From the IMG/VR virus record IMGVR_UViG_3300028888_000107, positions 14,598 through 78,597 of that record: a stretch of DNA of 64,000 bases. One strand, given 5' to 3'. Below the pieces are notes generated by a model, which was given only the letters and a program-made list of their open reading frames with translations, was not told where the DNA came from and did no database searches. Position 1 is the first letter of the stretch. Each line of letters opens with the position of its first letter. Positions 55,812 to 64,000 of this stretch are shown here, one piece after another. Made by a program: the position numbers and the translations under genes. Source of the DNA: a virus. Its lineage: Duplodnaviria; Caudoviricetes.

Positions 55812-58800
55812 ATGCCGGTACCAACCATAAAAGACCTTTTTACCCCCATAAATTCCATAAGCACGTGCTTGGAATCAAAAGCGGCTGTGATTAGCAAGAA
55901 CCTTGTTGATATAAACAACAGTATCACCGGTGCGGCTACCACATTGGGAGAAAAGTCAAAATCCATAAAGGATTCCATTGATGATGCAAAAAAGGATATT
56001 ATAAAATCCCTAAAGGATTTAAGCAACACAAAAGTCGGAAAACCAAAACAAGAAAAAAATGCAAAAAACATTGAAAAACTATCAAAAGAATTTTCATCAA
56101 ACCTTGCAACCGGTATAGCATCAACAATACAACAAGCAAGCGCGGCAATAAGCGGGGGTATCTCGGAATTGGGGATGGGTGTTGCCCAAGCAACACAAAT
56201 ACTTGTTGAAATAAACAAAAGCCTTGACAAAACAAATGTTCAATTAAAATCGGAAAAAAGAAGAGAAAGAAGGGAAGAAAGAAAATTAAGAAAAAACCTA
56301 ACAACAGGAAAGCAAACTTTGGAAATGCCCGAAATAAAGGGCAGCGATGATATAGGAAAAAGTGTAGCCAACATAGCAAAAGCCGTTGAAGCCGTTGGTA
56401 ACGTTAAGTTAAAAGATATTATACTTTTTAAGTCAAAACTTAAAAAGATGATACGAGGCATTGTTGAACCAATAAAAGAATACAACGAAAACCTTAAACC
56501 CGGTGAGGGTGTTAAAATAGCCAAAGACATAGAAGAACTTGGAAGTTCCCTATCGTCTTTTGTTAGGGATATGTCCAAAACAACATTAAGGGGTGTTATA
56601 GCATCCAAATTTGTTGGCAAAGACCCTAAAGAATCACCATTAAACAAGTTACTCGGCTCAGCCACATACGCAGTTTTAACCAATGTTTACGGCGCACGTT
56701 ACAATGAAAAAACGGGAAAATACACGGGAATTAACAAAAGGCAAGCAGAATACCTTAAAGATTCTGGAATAATTTTAAACAACCTCGGAACAAACATACT
56801 TAAGTTTAACGCAAAAATGGCATTGGCTGCCGTGCTTGCACCGGTTGCCTTGGCGGGTGCAAAAATGTTTTCTTGGGAAATGCCTTTGCTTCGTAAATCC
56901 ATAAACAAACTTATGGGCAGAAACAAGAACTACAAGGCGGAGGAAATGAAATATATAGCAGCCGGCAGGGTTCTTGATAAAATAGGAACAAGCATATTGT
57001 TATTTAATGCCAAATTAACGTTAAGTGCTGTATTGGCTATTCCCGCAATGGTTGGAATGGGTTTGTTTGCGTTGCTTTTATTGGAAACAAGAGGAGTGTT
57101 TGCATATCTTGGAAACAAAAAAGTTAGAAAGGCGTTTAGAAGAGGTGCAAGAACACTTGACATGATAACCGGTGCAATACTTGGTTTTGAAGCATCTATG
57201 GTATTAAGCATTGTTTTGGCACCGTTTGCCATGATGGGACTTGCTTTATCAACACCTATTATGCTTGGCGCAAATGCCATGTTCGGTATAATTGGTCAAC
57301 GAAGAAATGTAAAAAATGTATTAAGCGCAAGTGCCGCAATAACATTAATGGGATTATCCATAATTGCATTCTCCGCATCCATGCTTGTTACAACGATGAT
57401 TACAAAAAGAATTATAACAGGCGGTGGTGATAAAGTTGACCCAACAAATTTGGTTGCTCTTGCATCCGTTGTTCCAATAGTGGGACTTATGCTTGGCGGA
57501 CATGCTTTAATGGGAATGATGGGCAAACCGCAATCGGTTAAAGATTCGCTTAATTCATTTGTTTCTATAACACTAATGTCGGCGGGTCTTGTTGTATTTT
57601 CTTTGGGTATGCTTGTTGCAACAGCAATAACCAAAAATATGTGGAAAACAAGCGGTGGCAAATTTGATACCATTTCCATGATTACATCGGTTTCTGTGTT
57701 TGGTTTAATGTTTGTTGGTTCAAAAGTGTTCCAAATGGCTGGACAAGACCTTAAAGGTGTTGCCAAAGGTCTTGCCTCTGTTACCCTGATGTCAATAGGT
57801 TTGGGAATTTTTGGGTTTGGTTTAAGTTTTTATTCAAAATCAACCAAAGACTTAAAAACCAAAGACATTGTAGCAATGCCGTTACTGCTTGCCGGTTTTG
57901 CGGTTGAATTTGGAATAATGGGTGCGACTGTTGAATTTATTGCACTTGGCGGTGCTGCGGCTGCCGCAATGGGTGTTGGTGTTGGCGCATTTGGACTTGG
58001 ATTAAAATCATATTCGGAAAGCATTAAGGATGTTTCCAAAGACGATGTCATAAGAATGGCAAAGATAATAGGTCTTTATGGAGTTGAATTTGCAGGCATT
58101 GGACTTATTTCGCACGCCATATTAGGTGCTGACTTGGCATTTGCCGCAATGGGGGGTTCTTTGTTATCATTTGGAAAAGGTCTTTCCATTTATATGGATA
58201 GTATTAAAGGTTATGATGAAGAACAATTAAAACTATCAAGAAGCCATATAGGAAAACTTGGCGGTGAATTTGCTTTGCTTGGACTGGCATCACCTGCCAT
58301 ACTTGCAGCAGGTGTTGCAACAACAACAATAGGTGCTGGCTTGGCTTCTTTGGGAAAAGGAATGAAGTCTTGGAAAGATGTGGGTGGAGTTTCCGATGAT
58401 GAACTTGCCAATCTTTGCAAAACCGTTGACGCAGTTAAATTGGCGTTTATGGGAAGTGTTGATGAAAACGGCAAACCAAAAAAAGTTGGCGGCTTAAAAG
58501 GATTGTTAAAGAGTGTAACCGGTGCCATTGCTGCTCCATTTAACTTGGCAGCTGTTGTTGAAACCGCAACCAGTTTAACAGTAGCGAGCGGTGCCATAGT
58601 TCATATTGCAAAAGCATTAAAATTCTGGGAAGAATCCAACATTAACATAGATAGTGTAACCAACCTTACAACAGTTATGGCTTCTATGAACGAAGCGTTT
58701 GGCAAAATGGCTGGAAAATCAAACGGTGGAGAAAAAGGTTTGCTCGGCAAACTTATAGGTTTGGACTTTTCTGTATTTTCACCAACCGATGTTGAACTTG

Positions 58801-60926
58801 GAATTCGTTCAACAAAGAATATGGGCAAAGCGTTGAAAAACATTGCCGAAGGTGTTGTTGCGTTTAGAGATGGCATAGGTAAAGAATTTACCGATAAAAA
58901 GAAAGCGGAAGAACTTGGTGTAGCAATAACAAATGTTATAACACCTATTGCCAACGGTTTTGCAGCATTGGAAGGTCTTGAACCTTATGAAAACCAAAGA
59001 AAAAAAGGATTGCTTGGAAACATAATAACAGGATTTATTGGAGAACTTGGTTCACCAGCAGGCAAAACGAAAATAGCAACAGGTATAAAGAGTGTTAAGG
59101 ATTTGGGCAAAACACTTAAAAACCTTGCGGAAGGTGTTAAGGAATTTGCAACCCTTATACCTAAAAACGCAAGGGCTTCTTGGTTAAAAGATGTTGGTGA
59201 TAACATAGCAGCTGTATTAACTGCACTTCAAGGTCCTCTTGTTGCATTGGGTACAAGCGAAGCCGAATTAACCCAAATGGTTGCCCAAACAACCAACATA
59301 GGAACATCAATGGAAAGTGTGTACACTTCTATGGGTGATGTTTCCAAGATATCAATGAAACAAAGTAGTGCAAAAGCAGGTGTTGAAGCAATAAAGGGAT
59401 TGGGAGAAACTCTTGTCGGCATAGCAAACGCAACCAAAACATTTTCCGAAATATCACTTAAACAAATTGGCAAGAGCGGTACTTGGAATGAAAATTGGGA
59501 AATTGTAGAAAATGGTGAAGGTGCTTTGGGTGCTATGACAGCAGTACTTTGCAGCCAATTTGCATTGTTTAGCAAACTTGGTGTTACCGTTAAGGAAACA
59601 GGTACATACAAAGAAACCAAAAAAGAAGGAAACATATTTAACAGAAAAGTTTCCACAACATCCAAATCATACATAGGAATGGCAATTGATTCCATTTCCA
59701 ATCTTGGTGCAACGGTAAGCGACATTGGGGATGCCCTTAAAAAATTCAGCAGCAATGAATGGAAAGATGGCGCAATAGCCGGAGCAAGCGATGCCTTTAG
59801 AACAATATTATCATTTACAGAAGCGTTTGGAACACTTGGCTATGTTATGCTAAATGGTACGTCATACAAGCAACAATTTAACGCATTGTCATCAAAAGGA
59901 TGGAATCAAGAAGTTGTGTCCAAATTTGGAACAATATCCGGCTCAACCGGATTGCTTCTAAAATATTCGGAAGCATTAACAAAAGGTTCCGATTTAATAA
60001 AGGGTGTTGTTACATCATACAATGATGTGTTTGTTAAAACAAACAACAACATTGACATTTTAAAGAAATTTTATGATAAACCGGAATATATGATGTACCC
60101 CGTGTACAATGTTTTGGAAATGTCAAGAATTTTGGCGACAACCAATGAAGAAGAAGTTCACATGATTGACAACAAGGGAAAATATGTAATGTTGGGTAAA
60201 CTAAAACTAACATCACAAACCTTGGATAACGCAATAGCAAACACAAGCAAACTTAAAGAAATAGCAACCAACATTACAACAGCTGTTTCAAAATTGCCAT
60301 CACAAACAACAAACGCAAGGGGTGCAAAGGAAATGAAATCGGCAATTAGCAACCTAACCGATGGTTTTAAAGAAATAGAAACACTAAAACCAATCACAAC
60401 AACTTCCTTTGATAACCTTGTTCGCAGTATGTCCAAATCGTTAAGGGTATTGGATGGAAAAGGAAAATCTTTGGATAAAGCAACCAAACTTGTTGATAGA
60501 CTTATTGTGGCAAAAAAGAACAACGTATTTGGCGATTTAAGCAGGAACACGCAAAACATAGCAAACGCAATTAACAATTTGTCAAAAGACAACCTAAAAC
60601 CTTATTCCGAACTAATAGCCGCTTTGGGTAAAATGAGCGAGCGTGATAGCAAGTACAAAGAGTTGTTTGATGACATTATTAACCTTTTGAAAAAAATGAA
60701 TGCCGAACTCGCCAAAAGAAACGAAGGCGGTGAAGGTGGTGAAGGTGGTGATAAAACAGAAAAAGGCGGTACAGGTGGTAAAGGTAAATCTACAGGTAAG
60801 AAAAACGAACCTCAAACACAACCACATCAGCAACCCATTAACATACCTGATTACACCCAAAAACTTGACCTAATTAAAGAGGCTATTGATAAAGTTAAAA
60901 ACGCAATAAATAACAAAACATCTTAA
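55812..60926 (+). CDS. tail tape measure protein
   Basis: 1704 aa, long Ala/Gly/Leu-rich amphipathic and hydrophobic helical repeats, located among structural genes. Confidence 0.75.
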   Translation: MPVPTIKDLFTPINSISTCLESKAAVISKNLVDINNSITGAATTLGEKSKSIKDSIDDAKKDIIKSLKDLSNTKVGKPKQEKNAKNIEKLSKEFSSNLATGIASTIQQASAAISGGISELGMGVAQATQILVEINKSLDKTNVQLKSEKRRERREERKLRKNLTTGKQTLEMPEIKGSDDIGKSVANIAKAVEAVGNVKLKDIILFKSKLKKMIRGIVEPIKEYNENLKPGEGVKIAKDIEELGSSLSSFVRDMSKTTLRGVIASKFVGKDPKESPLNKLLGSATYAVLTNVYGARYNEKTGKYTGINKRQAEYLKDSGIILNNLGTNILKFNAKMALAAVLAPVALAGAKMFSWEMPLLRKSINKLMGRNKNYKAEEMKYIAAGRVLDKIGTSILLFNAKLTLSAVLAIPAMVGMGLFALLLLETRGVFAYLGNKKVRKAFRRGARTLDMITGAILGFEASMVLSIVLAPFAMMGLALSTPIMLGANAMFGIIGQRRNVKNVLSASAAITLMGLSIIAFSASMLVTTMITKRIITGGGDKVDPTNLVALASVVPIVGLMLGGHALMGMMGKPQSVKDSLNSFVSITLMSAGLVVFSLGMLVATAITKNMWKTSGGKFDTISMITSVSVFGLMFVGSKVFQMAGQDLKGVAKGLASVTLMSIGLGIFGFGLSFYSKSTKDLKTKDIVAMPLLLAGFAVEFGIMGATVEFIALGGAAAAAMGVGVGAFGLGLKSYSESIKDVSKDDVIRMAKIIGLYGVEFAGIGLISHAILGADLAFAAMGGSLLSFGKGLSIYMDSIKGYDEEQLKLSRSHIGKLGGEFALLGLASPAILAAGVATTTIGAGLASLGKGMKSWKDVGGVSDDELANLCKTVDAVKLAFMGSVDENGKPKKVGGLKGLLKSVTGAIAAPFNLAAVVETATSLTVASGAIVHIAKALKFWEESNINIDSVTNLTTVMASMNEAFGKMAGKSNGGEKGLLGKLIGLDFSVFSPTDVELGIRSTKNMGKALKNIAEGVVAFRDGIGKEFTDKKKAEELGVAITNVITPIANGFAALEGLEPYENQRKKGLLGNIITGFIGELGSPAGKTKIATGIKSVKDLGKTLKNLAEGVKEFATLIPKNARASWLKDVGDNIAAVLTALQGPLVALGTSEAELTQMVAQTTNIGTSMESVYTSMGDVSKISMKQSSAKAGVEAIKGLGETLVGIANATKTFSEISLKQIGKSGTWNENWEIVENGEGALGAMTAVLCSQFALFSKLGVTVKETGTYKETKKEGNIFNRKVSTTSKSYIGMAIDSISNLGATVSDIGDALKKFSSNEWKDGAIAGASDAFRTILSFTEAFGTLGYVMLNGTSYKQQFNALSSKGWNQEVVSKFGTISGSTGLLLKYSEALTKGSDLIKGVVTSYNDVFVKTNNNIDILKKFYDKPEYMMYPVYNVLEMSRILATTNEEEVHMIDNKGKYVMLGKLKLTSQTLDNAIANTSKLKEIATNITTAVSKLPSQTTNARGAKEMKSAISNLTDGFKEIETLKPITTTSFDNLVRSMSKSLRVLDGKGKSLDKATKLVDRLIVAKKNNVFGDLSRNTQNIANAINNLSKDNLKPYSELIAALGKMSERDSKYKELFDDIINLLKKMNAELAKRNEGGEGGEGGDKTEKGGTGGKGKSTGKKNEPQTQPHQQPINIPDYTQKLDLIKEAIDKVKNAINNKTS

Positions 60927-60955
60927 TAGCACATAAATACTAAAAATTTGTTGTT

Positions 60956-61621
60956 ATGACCTTTATAGGAATAGATTTCTCAATTAACTCACCAAGCATT
61001 TGCATAAACAAGGACGACAACCTATCGTTTGTTTCCTTTTTTAACACAAACGGAGATGATTGGAACAGGGCAACCCCTCTTAAAAAGTACACATACCATA
61101 ACGAACTAAAGGACGTTGTTAAAATGGTTCCCTATGAAAGAAACGGCTACAAACCCATTGGCACTTATTCGGATTATTCAACCGAACAAATGTCAAAGAT
61201 GCAAGATGCCGTTTTAATAGCCAACCTTATAACAAACGAAATAGCGACAAACACCATCGGCTTTCCCAAAATAGCAATAGAAGGGTTTGCATACGGTAGC
61301 AAAGGAATGTCCTTTATTGACCTTATATTGTTCAACTCCTTTTTAAGAAAAAACATTGTGGAGTTGTTTGGGGTGGAAAACCTTGTTGTAATATCGCCAA
61401 AGGAGGCAAAAAAGTTTGCGGGTAACGGTAATGCCGATAAAGAATATATGATAGGCGAGTTTATTAAAAACTCACACAACGATGAAGCATTGAACAATTC
61501 CGAATTTCATAGATATATAAAGAATATATCCATAGATTACAAAAACATAAAACCAATAGATGACCTTGTGGATGCCTATTGGATTATGAAAACCTCAAAA
61601 GAAAAATATTTTGGCAAATGA
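60956..61621 (+). CDS. ruvC: RuvC-like Holliday junction resolvase
   Basis: IGIDFSINSP, IAIEGFAYGS, SPKEAKKFAGNGNADKEYM, DDLVDAY. Confidence 0.8.
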   Translation: MTFIGIDFSINSPSICINKDDNLSFVSFFNTNGDDWNRATPLKKYTYHNELKDVVKMVPYERNGYKPIGTYSDYSTEQMSKMQDAVLIANLITNEIATNTIGFPKIAIEGFAYGSKGMSFIDLILFNSFLRKNIVELFGVENLVVISPKEAKKFAGNGNADKEYMIGEFIKNSHNDEALNNSEFHRYIKNISIDYKNIKPIDDLVDAYWIMKTSKEKYFGK

Positions 61622-62316
61622 TAGGAATAGTTGAAGATAATTTTGACCCTTTGGAAGAAGGAAGATTAAAGGTACGCATATTCGGTCTTACCGATAAAAA
61701 AGATGAAAACGGTGATTACATTATACCCACATCTTGTCTTCCTTGGGCAAGGTCCGGTTGCATAAACAGCTCGGGTGCTTTTTCAGTTCCCAAAATAGGT
61801 TCGTATGTGTATATAAACGCAGGTGACATTTACAACCCCATTTGGACGGGAATGGTTTATCTAAACAACGATGCCAAAATGGAAATAGGGGATGACAAAA
61901 ACGCACACACCCTTGTTTACGATACCGATTTCTCAAACGGTGAAGAAAACAATTACAGGGAAGGCGAACACATAAAAATTTATTTTAGCGAAAACAAAGG
62001 TGTTGTTATAGATTACAAAACTTGTTCCGGTGGTTCCTATTTTAATATGACACCAAACGGGGATATTAAAATGATGGATGGTAACGGTGACTCCATAATA
62101 CTATCAAACGGGACCATTACCATAAAAAGCGATAACAAAATAAAAATAGACGCACCTTGCATTGAACTTGGACAAGATGCCGTGGAGGGCGTGCTTAAAT
62201 CGGAAAGTTTTAGAAAACTTTTTGAAAAGCATACCCACATGTACGAGAGCGGTCAAACAACACCCCCGATTGAGGGTATGAACCCAAATGTAATAAACAA
62301 AAAAATTCTTGTTTAA
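61618..62316 (+). CDS. baseplate central spike (gp5 OB-fold/VgrG-like, no lysozyme domain)
   Basis: GIVEDNFDPLEEGRLKVRIFG...LPWA...FSVPKIGSYV; C-terminal HTH (His-Thr-His) tip motif. Confidence 0.8.
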   Translation: MIGIVEDNFDPLEEGRLKVRIFGLTDKKDENGDYIIPTSCLPWARSGCINSSGAFSVPKIGSYVYINAGDIYNPIWTGMVYLNNDAKMEIGDDKNAHTLVYDTDFSNGEENNYREGEHIKIYFSENKGVVIDYKTCSGGSYFNMTPNGDIKMMDGNGDSIILSNGTITIKSDNKIKIDAPCIELGQDAVEGVLKSESFRKLFEKHTHMYESGQTTPPIEGMNPNVINKKILV

Positions 62317-62609
62317 AGTTTGCCAAAGATTTTTCTTGTGTAAATTACTTGTGGCAAAATCCTCATAGTTGAATTGCCCGGCAACAAATGCTTTTCATTA
62401 TTCTTGCCATTCCATAACCCAACAAGTTCATCAAGGCTTATTGTGTAGCCGTTGGTATATGCCAATTCCATAAACTCCATATCGGTCATTGTGTCATCCA
62501 CAACACCTTCAACAATAAAAACCCTGTATTCATCATCGGCAAGTTCGGTTGTTGTATCCACAAACTTTGCCATTTCGTTTATAAACTCATTGTAGTTTTT
62601 TACTAACAT
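62313..62609 (-). CDS. hypothetical protein with capsid-targeting-like leader
   Basis: MLVKNYNEFINEM; late promoter 62628-62635. Confidence 0.7.
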   Translation of the reverse strand: MLVKNYNEFINEMAKFVDTTTELADDEYRVFIVEGVVDDTMTDMEFMELAYTNGYTISLDELVGLWNGKNNEKHLLPGNSTMRILPQVIYTRKIFGKL

Positions 62610-62631
62610 TTTGATTTGTTGTTTTTATATT

Positions 62632-62665
62632 TATAAAAAATGCCGGTGTTTTTTCACCAGCATTT
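62632..62665 (-). terminator. probable intrinsic terminator
   Basis: AAATGCTGGTG-a6-CACCGGCATTT followed by T-run on minus strand. Confidence 0.65.
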
Positions 62666-62691
62666 GTGTTGTGCAAGCAATGTGTTTGGCT

Positions 62692-62901
62692 TTACTTAAC
62701 CTTTTGAACCGATTGGGTTTCGGCTGGCTTGGTTGCAACAGGTTTCTTTAATGCTGCTTCAACCTTTTCCATATTGTTGTTATCGGTAAGCAAATGTATT
62801 GCTTGGCTAATAAGGGCGGCATCGTCAAAGGAATAAACTGCGCTTTTCCTTCCCAATTCCACACCTTGAATAAGTACATTTACTGCTTCTGTTAGTGTCA
62901 T
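62692..62901 (-). CDS. hypothetical protein
   Basis: 69-aa ORF, A...G.YS..DAA.I..AI. Confidence 0.65.
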   Translation of the reverse strand: MTLTEAVNVLIQGVELGRKSAVYSFDDAALISQAIHLLTDNNNMEKVEAALKKPVATKPAETQSVQKVK

Positions 62902-62912
62902 AATTTTGTAGT

Positions 62913-63422
62913 TTAGTTAATTTTAATTTCAAAACTTTTGGTTTCCTTAACTTTATAAGGCACAAACACGTAAAGAATATTCTCATTGTATTTGGCTGTA
63001 ATGTTATTGTAATCAAACATATCGTGGGCAAGGTTAATTTTCTTTTTGTATCCGGAACCCAAAAGTTCTGGGTGTGCTCCCTTATCCAACATATTCACCA
63101 GTTTAATTTCCATAACATCTGTATATGCGTTTTGTTTAATGTTTATTGAGATATTATCTCTTTTTACACCGGGCAGAAATGTTTTAAATTCAAAACCTTT
63201 GTCGGTGCTTTTGAAAAATTCACTTCTTACAAAGTTAAATGAATTTTCACACTTGCAAACAGGTTTGGTGTAGTTCTTTTTTTCATTGTCACAATCATCT
63301 TTTTTGCAATCGCACTTTTGTGTTTGTTCTTGTTCATTAAACAACTTTTTTGTGTTTTCAACAAAATCATCATTTAAAAAGTTGTTTAAAAGTTTGTCAA
63401 ATAAATTTAAATAATCGCTCAT
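62913..63422 (-). CDS. small heat-shock protein (Hsp20 alpha-crystallin domain)
   Basis: FEFKTFLPGVKRDNISINI...YKKKINL...ITAKYNENILYVFVP...EIKIN. Confidence 0.75.
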   Translation of the reverse strand: MSDYLNLFDKLLNNFLNDDFVENTKKLFNEQEQTQKCDCKKDDCDNEKKNYTKPVCKCENSFNFVRSEFFKSTDKGFEFKTFLPGVKRDNISINIKQNAYTDVMEIKLVNMLDKGAHPELLGSGYKKKINLAHDMFDYNNITAKYNENILYVFVPYKVKETKSFEIKIN

Positions 63423-63442
63423 AGTTTTGTTTTTTATATATT

Positions 63443-64000
63443 TTAAAAAGGCATATCCCCTTGTGTGGGTTCGCCCGCTTTTTTCTCTTTTTTAAGTTCC
63501 CTTATGTCCCTTACTTTGATTTTACCGCCACCAAAGTTTTCATCTGTATCGTTTTCCCATTTATCCTTGTTGGGTTCTATTTTTTTCATAGGTTCAACCT
63601 TCTTTGTTTTTATTTTGGTGGTTGGTTTGCTATCGGGAACAGATGAACTTCCATCTTCATTTATAATTATACCGTTTTCATTTAAACGCATTTTTCGGTA
63701 TTCAATGTCCAACCCCATTTTGCTGTTTTTGCCAAAGCCATCCCTTATTTTTAGCATCTTTAAGAAGTACTCGTTGTTCATTTTTTGTTCATCATCTTGT
63801 ATGATGCCGTAAACAGTATCCGATGTTGCAACAAGACCCATACTTTCGGCAACTTGCGACAATGTTATATCACTGCTATCAAAGGCGGACCTTGTGGATT
63901 GTGTTGCGGTTAAAATTAAACAATTCCTCCTTGTTGCAATTGCCCTTAAATCTTCGGCAATTTGCTTTATGTTCATATAGGTGTTTTCAGAGTTGGGGTT
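63443..64000 (-). CDS. gp41: replicative helicase (T4 gp41/DnaB-like), 3' part
   Basis: IKQIAEDLRAIA...ILTATQSTRSAF...VAESMGLVATSD...LKIRDG; runs off window end. Confidence 0.9.
   Translation of the reverse strand, partial: NPNSENTYMNIKQIAEDLRAIATRRNCLILTATQSTRSAFDSSDITLSQVAESMGLVATSDTVYGIIQDDEQKMNNEYFLKMLKIRDGFGKNSKMGLDIEYRKMRLNENGIIINEDGSSSVPDSKPTTKIKTKKVEPMKKIEPNKDKWENDTDENFGGGKIKVRDIRELKKEKKAGEPTQGDMPF

Noticed and set aside
55999-60860. Many minus-strand ORFs opposite the tape measure, portal and capsid genes
   Set aside because: Shadow ORFs from codon bias of the real gene; no recognisable motifs or leaders.
1-64000. Stop-codon reassignment (TAG to Gln, as in some gut megaphages)
   Set aside because: Capsid, portal, SSB and tape measure genes are intact in code 11 with no in-frame TAG. 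TAG ends genes at sensible places (portal 55473-75; MTases 3915 and 4941), and read-through at 3915 would run into a promoter cassette.
1-64000. tRNA, rRNA or group I intron
   Set aside because: No cloverleaf or T-loop signature noticed in the short intergenic gaps, and the conserved genes are uninterrupted. A tRNAscan/Infernal run would be needed to exclude them formally.

Overview
64 kb of an AT-rich, T4-superfamily-like jumbo myophage in the standard genetic code. The host is most likely Bacteroidota, based on TTG-N18-20-TAnnTTTG promoters, A-rich leaders without Shine-Dalgarno sites, and FISUMP and lipoprotein genes. Core genes are scattered: major capsid, portal, neck, tail tube, tape measure, baseplate spike, gp55-like late sigma, gp32-like SSB, RuvC-like resolvase and the 3' end of a gp41-like helicase. 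They are interleaved with four large free-standing Hef-like homing endonuclease genes, a glycan-synthesis operon, two amino-methyltransferases, a PLP enzyme and a long early array of small ORFs. Three candidate promoter classes are visible. The most unusual signals are: (i) at least 11 unrelated proteins share an N-terminal capsid-targeting-like leader, and in two of them the leader is uncoupled by a single-base change; (ii) new DNA sits directly behind the repeated early-promoter cassette, including an in-frame chimera with a near-exact copy of the phage's own helicase core, and a mini cassette array with conserved flanks and variable middles; (iii) a triple palindrome with fixed 8-nt spacers; (iv) a metallophosphoesterase lacking its metal ligands. 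All family assignments come from motif recognition by eye; no database searches were run.
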